Shown piece after piece: positions 20,310 through 28,845 of a DNA stretch of 64,000 bases. This DNA comes from an uncultured Bartonella sp. (GTDB lineage Bacteria; Pseudomonadota; Alphaproteobacteria; Rhizobiales; Rhizobiaceae). The stretch spans positions 69,214 to 133,213 of the forward strand of contig NZ_CALYPR010000002.1 of the NCBI RefSeq assembly GCF_945277285.1, read 5' to 3'. Position numbers and translations under genes: made by a program. Each line of letters starts with the position of its first letter. The stretch's first letter is position 1. The notes under the pieces are model-generated. The model searched no databases. It was not told where the DNA came from and was given only the letters and a program-made list of their open reading frames with translations.

Positions 20310-20816
20310 ATGTTCGCAGTCATTAAAACCGGCGGTAAACAGTATCGTGTTTCCCCCAGTCAACTGTTTAAGGTTGAAAAGGTCGCTGGCAATGCCGGCG
20401 AGGTTGTTGAATTCAAAGAGGTTCTTATTGTCGGTGACGGCGATAAAACCACAATCGGAACACCGGTCATTGCTGATGCGTTGGTAACAGCAGAAGTTGT
20501 CGAGCAGGTTCGGGCACCGAAAGTAATTGCTTTCAAAAAGCGCCGCCGTCAAAATTCCAAGCGCATTCGCGGGCATCGTCAGGAATTGACAATTGTTCGT
20601 ATTTCGGAAATCCTTACCGGTGGTGCCAAGCCGAAGAAAGCAGCCGCCAAGCCGGTAGAAGCAGCAAAACCTGCTGAAAAAGCAGCAAAGCCGGTAGCCG
20701 CGAAAGCAGCTGCTGCACCAAAAGCTGAAAAACCAGCCGCCAAGAAGGTTAAAACAGAAACAGCCGACAAAAAAGCAGCGCCGAAAAAGGCAGCCGCTAA
20801 AAAGTCGGAAAAGTAA
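20310..20816 (+). CDS. rplU: 50S ribosomal protein L21 with Ala/Lys/Pro-rich C-terminal extension
   Basis: N-terminus [14 protein letters not shown] is the canonical L21 core (about 100 aa). It is followed by about 65 aa of AKP-rich low-complexity tail. Confidence 0.95.
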   Translation: MFAVIKTGGKQYRVSPSQLFKVEKVAGNAGEVVEFKEVLIVGDGDKTTIGTPVIADALVTAEVVEQVRAPKVIAFKKRRRQNSKRIRGHRQELTIVRISEILTGGAKPKKAAAKPVEAAKPAEKAAKPVAAKAAAAPKAEKPAAKKVKTETADKKAAPKKAAAKKSEK

Positions 20817-20838
20817 GAGAGATTAAAGGAGAACAACC

Positions 20839-21108
20839 ATGGCACACAAAAAAGCTGGTGGTTCCTCGCGTAACGGTCGCGATTCAGAATCAAAACGTCT
20901 CGGCGTTAAAAAGTTTGGTGGTGAAGCAGTTGTAGCGGGTAACATCATTATCCGCCAACGTGGCACCCAATGGCACCCGGGCGAAAATGTCGGCATGGGT
21001 AAAGACCATACATTGTTTGCGCTTAAAGACGGGAAAGTGTCTTTCCGCGTCAAAGCGAAAGACCGTTCCTACGTGTCGGTGATTCCGATGGCGGAGGCAG
21101 CAGAGTAG
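20839..21108 (+). CDS. rpmA: 50S ribosomal protein L27
   Basis: [24 protein letters not shown].. is the canonical L27 N-terminus; 89 aa. Confidence 0.95.
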   Translation: MAHKKAGGSSRNGRDSESKRLGVKKFGGEAVVAGNIIIRQRGTQWHPGENVGMGKDHTLFALKDGKVSFRVKAKDRSYVSVIPMAEAAE

Positions 21109-21222
21109 CCGGAGCTCTTAAAATAACCGGCGTCCCATTGGACCCGGTTAAAGCTTCTAAGGCAAATCAAAAGGGAAAGATGGGACACCATCCTTCCCTT
21201 TTTCTTTTGCTTTAAGGAGATA

Positions 21223-21825
21223 ATGATGAGCACTGAAATATTAGAAGAGTTGAGAAAGAGGCCGCCCAGAACCCTGGATTGCCCGGTTCTGGTAACTGAA
21301 AGGCTTGTTTTACGTGCACCCAATGTTGAAGACATGGACGCCATTGCCGATCTCGCCAACAACCGGAATGTCTCTGCCATGCTTCAAGCAATGCCGTTTC
21401 CCTTCACACGAAAACAAGCAGCAGAATACATTCTCCGTTCCGTGGCTGGCGAGATGGGCCATTGCGCCTATGCCATTACCAAGGCCGAAAATGGCGAGTT
21501 TATTGGTGCCTGTCATATTAAAGACCGTGAACAGGGCGAAGGTTTGGGCCTGTCTTATTGGCTTGGCCGGCCGTTCTGGAAAAAAGGCTATGCCACAGAA
21601 GCCGTTGGTGCTTTGATTGATGCGGCCTTTCGTGCAACCGATATTGATGCGCTTTATGTTTCCAATTTTGCTGCCAATCAGGCTTCACGCCGCGTTGTTG
21701 AAAAACTGGGCTTCCAATATATCGGCACAACAGAAACGCGGTCTGTTGTTTCCGGCCTTGTTTTTGCCGACCAGTATATTCTGGAACGTGAAACATGGCT
21801 TGGCCAATTAAGCCGTTGTGCTTGA
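21223..21825 (+). CDS. GNAT-family N-acetyltransferase (RimJ/RimL-like)
   Basis: 200 aa. The acetyl-CoA-binding region ..WKKGYATEAVGALIDAAF.. and the position after rplU-rpmA are typical for Rhizobiales. Confidence 0.85.
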   Translation: MMSTEILEELRKRPPRTLDCPVLVTERLVLRAPNVEDMDAIADLANNRNVSAMLQAMPFPFTRKQAAEYILRSVAGEMGHCAYAITKAENGEFIGACHIKDREQGEGLGLSYWLGRPFWKKGYATEAVGALIDAAFRATDIDALYVSNFAANQASRRVVEKLGFQYIGTTETRSVVSGLVFADQYILERETWLGQLSRCA

Positions 21826-21869
21826 TGTCTCAAACGGGCGCGGGGCCATTTTCCCGCGCCTGATTTTTT
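21671..21869 (+). repeat. 199-bp direct repeat, copy 1 (3' end of GNAT gene plus terminator)
   Basis: 198/199 identical to 22283-22481; the single difference is aaaaacTggg vs aaaaacCggg. Confidence 0.9.
21837..21869 (+). terminator. Rho-independent terminator after the GNAT gene
   Basis: GGCGCGGG-gccatttt-CCCGCGCC followed by TGATTTTTT. An identical copy lies at 22449-22481. Confidence 0.75.
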
Positions 21870-22245
21870 GTGTTTCGTATAGTGCATGCTTTTGCCCTGC
21901 AGCGTCACTTGATCCAGCGCGCATTTTTCCACGCGCCTTTCCGCTTTCCTCTGAAACGAGCTTTTGCGCTCCATCCGGCTCTATGTCTTGACAATTTCTG
22001 TTGTTAACGTGCATCCCGCCAGTGTCTTGCGGTTTCTTCGCTCATTACTGATTTGCTCTCTCCCGCATAACCCACATGTGCTGCATATCTAGTCAGATTA
22101 CGCCTTCTCCGTGCGGCACATTCTCTTATCCTTGCCGCATTTGTCTTTACAGTTCGCACGTCCATTCCTTTTTAATTCACCTTAACCCGCTTATATCGGC
22201 CCGCTTCCATCGTCTTTTGAACGGCACGCATGTTTTTATCCTCAT

Positions 22246-22437
22246 GCCACCGATAACGAGGCACTTTATGTTGCCCACTTCTCTGCCAATCAGGCTTCAC
22301 GCCGCGTTGTTGAAAAACCGGGCTTCCAATATATCGGCACAACAGAAACGCGGTCTGTTGTTTCCGGCCTTGTTTTTGCCGACCAGTATATTCTGGAACG
22401 TGAAACATGGCTTGGCCAATTAAGCCGTTGTGCTTGA
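22246..22437 (+). pseudogene. 3' fragment of a second, diverged GNAT gene
   Basis: In frame it reads ATDNEALYVAHFSANQASRRVVEKPGFQYIGTTETRSVVSGLVFADQYILERETWLGQLSRCA*, against ATDIDALYVSNFAANQASRRVVEKLGFQYIG.. in the intact gene. No start codon or N-terminal half is recognisable upstream. Confidence 0.7.
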
Positions 22438-22481
22438 TGTCTCAAACGGGCGCGGGGCCATTTTCCCGCGCCTGATTTTTT
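22283..22481 (+). repeat. 199-bp direct repeat, copy 2
   Basis: See copy 1. Offset is 612 bp, and identity ends exactly after the T-run of the terminator. Confidence 0.9.
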
Positions 22482-23034
22482 AGCCTTCCACCGCCTCCGT
22501 TCCGCGCCTCGCACACGCTGTTTAACGCCTTGTGAGCGTGCCGCACCCCGCATTTTTTCTTGGCACTATTTTATCGGTGCTGCACCAGCCTTCACATAAC
22601 ACGCACCCGTTCCCCCTAAACCAGCATTGCTTCCGCTCGCTCCTTGCATACTTTCCAAGATCTAGCCGGTTATATATCCCGCCATTTTTCTTGGCTCCCG
22701 CCAGCACCGTGCATCCGTTTAATGCGGCGCATCCTTTTTTGAAGCCCCTTTTTATGACGCATCTCGTAACGGTTATGCGCCAGTCTCTTTTCGCCCCGCA
22801 CATCTCTTCGCCGGTGGCTTTTATCTTTTGGCTGCCTTGCTTCCAACCCAAGCCATGCATGTCATTTCTTTTGCCGCATCTATTCACGCAACCCCTCTCT
22901 TGCCATATGGTACTGGCGCATTTAACGGCTTTTTTGCCAGCAGTCCGGCAAAGGCGGTTTTTGCACAATCGCAGGTTTAATTATTGGTTTGTTCAAGGCG
23001 TGTCCGGCAAGCATTAATTGAGATATAATTTTTA

Positions 23035-24438
23035 TCAATCGGTTTTTTTAACGGTGCGCTCGCGTGTTTTGTTCAACGCATGGCCGGCATCAGGCGGCAA
23101 TCCCAAAAACACAAAAAAAGCAAGCGCCGAAATGGCGGCAACAATAAAAAAGCTGATATGAAAATCGCCAAGCTTCAAGATATTGTCGTGAAAGCTGGAT
23201 GAAATTTCCAGTACCGCACCGGCAATGGCTATGCCCAAAGCCATAGATGCTTGCTGGGCAACAGCGGCAATCGGGGTTGCCTGGCTCAATTCTTGCTTTT
23301 TGATATCGGCAAAGGCCAGCGCATTGACACCGGAAAAGAAGAGCGAGCGTAAAAAGCCGCCCACAAGCAGAACCGGCACCATGATCCAATAAGACGTTGT
23401 CGGGAAAAACAAGTCGTTCGACGCGGTAAACATGGCTGAAATAATGGCCCCTGTCATCAAGGTTTTGCGAAAACCGAAATGCGCATAAACTTCTCTCGCG
23501 CCAAACTTCATGCCAAGCGCCCCAAGTGCGGCCGCCAACACCATCATGCCTGACTGGACGGGTGAAAGCCCGAAAGATAGTTGCAGCATCATCGGCAACA
23601 AAAAGGGCACCGCACCGATACCGAGCCGGAAAATGCTGCCGCCGATAATGGAACGGGCAAAAACCGGATCAGCAAATAGACGCAGGTTTAACAATGGTTC
23701 ATCTTTGTTTTTTGCATGGCGAATATAAAAGCCGCCGGTTATAAGCCCGATTATGGTAATGGAAAGGCCGACACTTTGTGGCAAAGCCGGCAGACTGATG
23801 ATGGAAAGACCGAAAATAAAGCCGGAAAGGGCAATTGCCGAAAGCAAAAAACCTGTCCAGTCAAGCGGGCGCAGAACTTTCATTTCGTCTTTTGGCAAAT
23901 AGATGGTGGAAAGAATAAGCCCGATAAAACCGATTGGAATGTTGATTAAAAAAATCCAGTGCCAGCTAAAATAGGTGGTGATAAAACCGCCCAGAGGCGG
24001 GCCGATCAGCGGGCCGATGAGCGCAGGAACAGAAAACCACGCAAGGGCAATGACAAGTTCGTCCTTTGGTGTTGATTTGACCAGTAAAAGGCGGCCGACA
24101 GGCGTCATCATGGCGCCTCCCATGCCTTGTAAAAACCGCGACACCACAAACGAATGCAGCGAAAACGAGAGCGCGCAGCACACCGAACCGACAAGAAAAA
24201 CAACAATGGCCATTCTGAAAATGACGCGTGCGGTAAAGCGGTCGGCCATAAAGCCGCTTATCGGAATAAAAACCGAGAGCGCCACCAGATAGGATGTCAT
24301 CGCAAGTTTCAAAGCAATCGGACTGGTGTTCAAATCGGCGGCAATAGCGGGAAGGGAAGTGGTGATAACGTTGGAATCGACGTGTTCCATAAAAAGGGCA
24401 ACCGCCAGAACCATGGGGAGGATGCGCATCAATGACAA
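23035..24438 (-). CDS. MFS transporter, DHA2 (EmrB/QacA-like, 14-TMS) drug:H+ antiporter family
   Basis: 467 aa, about 14 hydrophobic segments. N-terminal LDxxV(I)xxxLPxI-like motif (MEHVDSNVITTSLPAIAADL) and GFMADRF motif A region. Start is either TTG 24438 or ATG 24429. Confidence 0.85.
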   Translation of the reverse strand: MSLMRILPMVLAVALFMEHVDSNVITTSLPAIAADLNTSPIALKLAMTSYLVALSVFIPISGFMADRFTARVIFRMAIVVFLVGSVCCALSFSLHSFVVSRFLQGMGGAMMTPVGRLLLVKSTPKDELVIALAWFSVPALIGPLIGPPLGGFITTYFSWHWIFLINIPIGFIGLILSTIYLPKDEMKVLRPLDWTGFLLSAIALSGFIFGLSIISLPALPQSVGLSITIIGLITGGFYIRHAKNKDEPLLNLRLFADPVFARSIIGGSIFRLGIGAVPFLLPMMLQLSFGLSPVQSGMMVLAAALGALGMKFGAREVYAHFGFRKTLMTGAIISAMFTASNDLFFPTTSYWIMVPVLLVGGFLRSLFFSGVNALAFADIKKQELSQATPIAAVAQQASMALGIAIAGAVLEISSSFHDNILKLGDFHISFFIVAAISALAFFVFLGLPPDAGHALNKTRERTVKKTD

Positions 24439-24715
24439 TATCCCGAAATTTTCCCGATCAAGCTATAAGGCTAAAAGAGTGTCCAGCCGGTACTTTACCA
24501 GTCAACATTGTTTTTAACCGGAATAAAAGAACAAAGAGAGGAAAGAAGCTTCACTTTTATGTGCGGCACACGTGTTTTACACTTGACCGATCCAGTAAAA
24601 CATAACACCAATGGTCAAGCATCTTTATGGCTTTGTTGTTGGCCTATTTATATAAATTACCTATATAATTTCTAGTCGATAAAACCCGAAGTCTCGTCCA
24701 CTTTGAAATTTCACC

Positions 24716-26116
24716 ATGAAGCGCCGATGGAGCGTCCTCTTGCCGTACAACAAGACAGTCAACATCAATAATCTGACAGACGGCCCGATTACCAGAACAC
24801 TCTTGACATTTGCCATTCCGACTTTGCTTTCCAATGTATTGCAATCGTTGAATGGCTCGATCAACACCATTTGGGTGGGGCGATTTCTGGGGGAAAGTGC
24901 GCTTGCGGCAACGGCGAACGCCAATATTATCACCTTTCTTCTGTTTTCGCTGGTGTTCGGCTTCGGCATGGCGGCAACAATCATGGTTGGCCAGTCCATC
25001 GGGCGCAAGGATTTGCATCAGGCAAGGCGCGCTTTTGGTGCCTCAATTGGTTTCTGCCTGTTTCTATCGGTGGTGCTTGCGGTTTTGGGCTGGCTGTTTT
25101 CGCCGCAAATTTTGCAGCTTCTCGCCACCCCGACAGATGCTTTTCATTTGGCTGAAGATTATTTGCGGGTGGTCTTCATTGCTGCACCCGCCAACCTTCT
25201 GATGGTCATGATGATGATGGGCTTGCGTGGTGCCGGCGATTCATTGACACCGCTCATCTTCATGTGTGTCAATGTTGTGCTTGATATTATCTTTAATCCG
25301 CTACTCATTCTCGGCATCTGGATTTTTCCGAAAATGGGCATTGCCGGTGCTGCTGCTTCAAGCTCGGTATCGGGGTATCTGGCGCTTTTTGCCATGGTTT
25401 TTTATATCTATGTCAAAAATCTTTCACTGCGGCTCAAAGGGCGCGAATTGCTCTATATCTGGCCGGATATGAAGCTCACCCGTTTTATCATTTTGAAAGG
25501 CTTTCCCATGAGCCTGCAAATGGTGATTATTGCCACATCCGGCCTTGTTATGATTGGTCTGGTCAATCAGGAAGGGGTCACCACCATTGCCGCCTATAAC
25601 ATTATGCAGCAATTATGGACTTATTTGCAAATGCCGTCCATGGCGGTGGGAGCGGCCGTGAGTGCTATGGTCGCGCAAAATATTGGTGCCGGTTCATGGA
25701 ACAGGGTTTCCAAAACCACGTTGGTCGGCTGTGTGGCCGCATTCGTTATGATAGCCATTCTGCTTGGTCTGTTGCTGGTGTTTGACCGCCCGGTCATTAT
25801 CCTGTTTTTGGGCAATGAAAGTGCCGCAGTCGCTACGGCACAGCACATTCAGGCACTGGCGAGCTGGAGCTTTCTGTTTTTCGGCCTTGCCATGGTGCTG
25901 TTTTCAACCGTGCGCGCCAATGGCGCGGTTGTTGTGCCGCTCATTTGCCTGTTTGTTGCCACCTATCCGGTGCGGCTCGGCTTTTACTATGCATTTTACC
26001 AGAAACTTCATGCCGATGCCATCTGGCTGAGTTTTACCGTTGGTGCCTTTGCCGCTTTGATTATGGCCGTTATTTATTATTACACCGGCTCGTGGAAAAA
26101 AGGAAAAATGCTCTAA
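24716..26116 (+). CDS. MATE-family efflux transporter
   Basis: 466 aa, 12 TM. N-terminal GPITRTLLTFAIPTLLSNVLQSLNGSINTIWVGRFLG is typical of NorM/DinF-type MATE proteins. Confidence 0.9.
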   Translation: MKRRWSVLLPYNKTVNINNLTDGPITRTLLTFAIPTLLSNVLQSLNGSINTIWVGRFLGESALAATANANIITFLLFSLVFGFGMAATIMVGQSIGRKDLHQARRAFGASIGFCLFLSVVLAVLGWLFSPQILQLLATPTDAFHLAEDYLRVVFIAAPANLLMVMMMMGLRGAGDSLTPLIFMCVNVVLDIIFNPLLILGIWIFPKMGIAGAAASSSVSGYLALFAMVFYIYVKNLSLRLKGRELLYIWPDMKLTRFIILKGFPMSLQMVIIATSGLVMIGLVNQEGVTTIAAYNIMQQLWTYLQMPSMAVGAAVSAMVAQNIGAGSWNRVSKTTLVGCVAAFVMIAILLGLLLVFDRPVIILFLGNESAAVATAQHIQALASWSFLFFGLAMVLFSTVRANGAVVVPLICLFVATYPVRLGFYYAFYQKLHADAIWLSFTVGAFAALIMAVIYYYTGSWKKGKML

Positions 26117-26156
26117 AGGTTAAAAAGCCAGACAAAAGTCAAAAATTAGCATGCAT

Positions 26157-27365
26157 TCAGGAAAGGTTCTTGAGCACTGTTCTGGCTTTAAGAAAATTGC
26201 GCCCCAAAACAGCCAGAACAAGCGCCAGAAAGCCGCCGATAATCGAAACATAAAAACCGCTTTCGGGTGTAAAAGCATCAATCAACTGGCCAGAAAGTGC
26301 CGCACCGGCAGCAACCCCCATCGCCATGCCGGTTGTCCCCCAGGACATGCCTTCAGTGAGCTTTTCCGGTGGCACAAGAGAGTCGATGAGCGACATGGCA
26401 ATAATAATTGTTGGCGAACAGGCCGCACCGGCAATAAACAGCACCACACTCAAATTCCATAAATTGCTCACAAGAAGCAGCGGCAAAGTGGTGACAGCAG
26501 CAATTGTCACCGCAATGATAAGCTGTTTTGCCAAAGTCATGCGCGTTGGCAGTGCGCCATAGATAATTCCGGCAATAAACGAACCGGCGGCATAAACAAC
26601 AAGCGGCAGGGCGGTGTAATTTGTCTGTTGCAAGGATTTGCCAATCGCCACCGCCGAAATTTCAGCTGTGCCAAAAACGGTGCCCACCGAAAACATAATC
26701 AATGTCAGCAGTTGAATGGGAAAAAGCCGCAAAACCGAAGGCGTGCCTTTTGCCCTTTGGCCATGAGCCGCCGGCTCGGTTGATTTTTGAAGCGTAAAAA
26801 TCCACCCCGCAAGCAGCATGATCAACGCTGCTGCCAACGGGCCGGCCGCTGAAAATAGCCGGTTTGTGAGCTCAATGGCAATGATCGGGCCCACCATAAA
26901 AATCAGTTCATCAACAATCGATTCATAGGCAAAGGCTGAACGCAACAGCGGCGAGCCATGATAAAGCTGCGACCAGCGTGTGCGCACAAAAGAGCCGAAA
27001 CTTGGCATAAAGCCGGTGAAAATTGCCGCAATAATCAGAATATAGAAGGGTGCATGATAATGGGCGGCAACCAGCAGGCTGCACAGCGAAATAAACGACA
27101 CCAGCATGGCCGGTCGCGCCACCCGCGCTTGCCCGTATTCATCAGAAAGCCGTGAAATTTGCGGGGTAATAATCGCATTGGCCAAAACATAGCTTGCGGC
27201 AACATAACCGGCGGTTGTGTAATTGACCCCTTCAACAGCAAACATGGTCATCAGGCCAATCGAAATCATCGAAATAGGCACGCGGGCAAAAAGCCCTGTC
27301 ACAGAAAAAGCAACAGTGCCGGGAGCTTTAAACAATTGGCGATAAACATTGGCCACGACAAACAT
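26157..27365 (-). CDS. MFS transporter
   Basis: 402 aa, 12 predicted TM segments; no specific substrate signature recognised. Confidence 0.8.
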   Translation of the reverse strand: MFVVANVYRQLFKAPGTVAFSVTGLFARVPISMISIGLMTMFAVEGVNYTTAGYVAASYVLANAIITPQISRLSDEYGQARVARPAMLVSFISLCSLLVAAHYHAPFYILIIAAIFTGFMPSFGSFVRTRWSQLYHGSPLLRSAFAYESIVDELIFMVGPIIAIELTNRLFSAAGPLAAALIMLLAGWIFTLQKSTEPAAHGQRAKGTPSVLRLFPIQLLTLIMFSVGTVFGTAEISAVAIGKSLQQTNYTALPLVVYAAGSFIAGIIYGALPTRMTLAKQLIIAVTIAAVTTLPLLLVSNLWNLSVVLFIAGAACSPTIIIAMSLIDSLVPPEKLTEGMSWGTTGMAMGVAAGAALSGQLIDAFTPESGFYVSIIGGFLALVLAVLGRNFLKARTVLKNLS

Positions 27366-28226
27366 CCTTTGCCCGAAAAGGCAGTTGGCTCTGATCTATT
27401 GATATAGATTGTGTATGTCAATTTAAGTTCAATAAAGCCCGTTGCAAAACAAAACGTGCGGTGCTCCGGTTTCGCTTGCCAAGGGGTATCAAATCCTGCC
27501 AGATTTTTGAAAAGCGGCATGACTTACCTTTTCAGCACGATGGGCTTGCCCATGCCATGCTGGCTGAAAATAGCTGCCTCCGCCGTTTTGTCCTCAGCGG
27601 TACTCTATCGCCATTGTGGCTATAAAATTGGTTTTTTCCACGCGGTGGTAGAAGAAATTGGCGATTAGATTGATAAAAAATGCCGCGGCAATATCGGCCA
27701 TTACTGCGCAATGGCAGCGTTTTATGAGCGTTGCACACACAGCTATCTTGAATGTATGAAAGATCCGCAAATCGAGCATGTGTTGAAGCGTGATGGCGCG
27801 GCGGTGCTCGCCAATAGAACAAGCTGGCCAAGCCAAGTATCATAAAATGTTGGTTGAAGCCGTAAATGCCATGATAAAAAAACACATCATCCATATTTGC
27901 AATGCGGTGGCTCAGACAGGCCGGAACAATAGCGCGCTTTATTGTGCTTTAAGGTGCCGGTTTCGCCATTGCCCGTTTAAAAAAAGAGGCGGAAAGAACA
28001 TTTAAAAACAGTCGGAAGGTTTTGCCTTCTTATAGATGACCATCCGTACGAGAAACGCTGAAAATGCCATCACAACAGTGCCTGAGGCCACCGCGACAAA
28101 ATTTGCCTGAAAATTGGTTATGCTATAAAATTCCGGTAAAACCGCAAACGTTCAAAACCACAATCGAGCCATAGCATGAACCACGAATTGACACTCAACA
28201 CCTTGACCGCACCATTGCGGTTTTTC

Positions 28227-28351
28227 AACCCATAATTGAAGCAAATTTTAAAAAAATGACAAAAATCAGCCAAATTTTGTGTTTTTTTTCCATTTTTTTT
28301 GAAAAAAATACCCACTTAACGCTTAAAAAACAAAGAGTTAAGTGGGTATCG
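28227..28351. repeat. AT-rich CRISPR-flank segment, copy A (homologous to 30083-30203 and 40674-40744)
   Basis: Alignable by eye. A reads ..CCATAATTGAAGCAAATTTTAAAAAAATGACAAAAATCAGCC..TTTTTTTTGAAAAAAATACC.. and B reads ..CCAATTGAATTTAAAAAAAATGGAAAAAACCGGCC..TTTTTTTAAAAAAAATACC.. Confidence 0.7.
28301..28349 (-). terminator. intrinsic terminator at the left (minus-strand downstream) end of CRISPR array A
   Basis: 13-bp stem ATACCCACTTAAC / GTTAAGTGGGTAT (28308-28320 / 28337-28349) with a 16-nt loop. On the minus strand it is followed by TTTTTT(C). It ends 2 nt from the first repeat. Confidence 0.65.
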
Positions 28352-28652
28352 GTTGTAGCATATTAGAAAATGCGGTCAAGCCGCAACATGTCGCTAATCA
28401 AAACAACACTGTTGTGTGTTGTAGCATATTAGAAAATGCGGTCAAGCCACAACATGAACGCTGGTGTGGTGATAGCGACATGAGTTGTAGCATATTAGAA
28501 AATGCGGTCAAGCCGCAACAATGCACCGGTACTTTGCCATCTAGTTTGCTGTTGTAGCATATTAGAAAATGCGGTCAAGCCGCAACTATCGCGGTCGCCA
28601 AAAGCACCATACCGTTGGTGTAGCATATTAAAAAATGCAATGCATTTGATCA
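28352..28652 (-). CRISPR. CRISPR array A: 4 intact 36-bp repeats plus 1 degenerate repeat, 4 spacers (30/30/31/30 bp)
   Basis: Repeats at 28352, 28418 (GCCACAAC variant), 28484 and 28551 read GTTGTAGCATATTAGAAAATGCGGTCAAGCCGCAAC. The repeat at 28617-28652 keeps only the first 22 nt. All spacers are unique. The strand given is the inferred transcription direction (promoter and terminator logic), not proven. Confidence 0.9.
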
Positions 28653-28681
28653 GCTCATTTTTCCGGCAAAGTCTTTGGTTG

Positions 28682-28788
28682 TCGCAATCCTTATCCGAAA
28701 ACCGTGCATTTTTAGTTATCGCAATTCTTATCCGAAAACCGTACATTTTTTCAACTGGTTCTTATCCAAAAACCGCTTCGCACTTTTT
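28682..28788. repeat. three direct repeats (about 32 bp, 37-bp period) with core CTTATCC(G/A)AAAACCG
   Basis: TCGCAATCCTTATCCGAAAACCGTGCATTTTT (28682-28713), TCGCAATTCTTATCCGAAAACCGTACATTTTT (28719-28750) and a weaker third unit ..GGTTCTTATCCAAAAACCGCTTCGCACTTTTT (about 28756-28788). Confidence 0.7.
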
Positions 28789-28845
28789 GGGAAACAAGTT
28801 GCACTTTTCGGGAGCCGCTTGGAAACCTTTTTCAAAAAAAGCGCG

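Noticed and set aside
21617-22553. ORF pairs 21617..21811 / 22076..22423 (+) and 21678..21974 / 22290..22553 (-) sharing identical 45-60-aa peptides
   Set aside because: The identity is a by-product of the 199-bp DNA duplication, read in non-GNAT frames. There are no starts with an RBS and no protein-like composition.
28240-28352. Small ORFs in the homologous array flanks (MTKISQILCFFSIFFEKN.. in A, MEKTGLTFSLFDQFF* in B)
   Set aside because: Their lengths differ (36 vs 15 codons), they run into the repeat in A, and they lie in poly-A/T tracts with no RBS. The similarity only reflects the DNA homology of the flanks.
28388-28432. Mini-ORFs that start at the spacer ATG and stop at the TAG in the next repeat (ATG + 9 codons + GTT GTA GCA TAT TAG)
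   Set aside because: This works only for spacers A1 and C3. A2 ends at its own TGA and B1 reads ATG TAA. There is no RBS. I treat it as coincidence; the ATG bias itself is reported separately.
28617-28652. Degenerate terminal repeat of array A as a tracrRNA anti-repeat
   Set aside because: It conserves the part of the repeat (first 22 nt on +) that would not pair with the 5' repeat portion of a minus-strand crRNA. It is not followed by nexus-like hairpins or a terminator.
28682-28788. TTATCC(G/A)AA cores read as DnaA boxes / replication origin
   Set aside because: They lack the CACA half of the TTATCCACA consensus. There is no dnaA, dnaN or AT-rich unwinding context. They are reported only as unexplained direct repeats.
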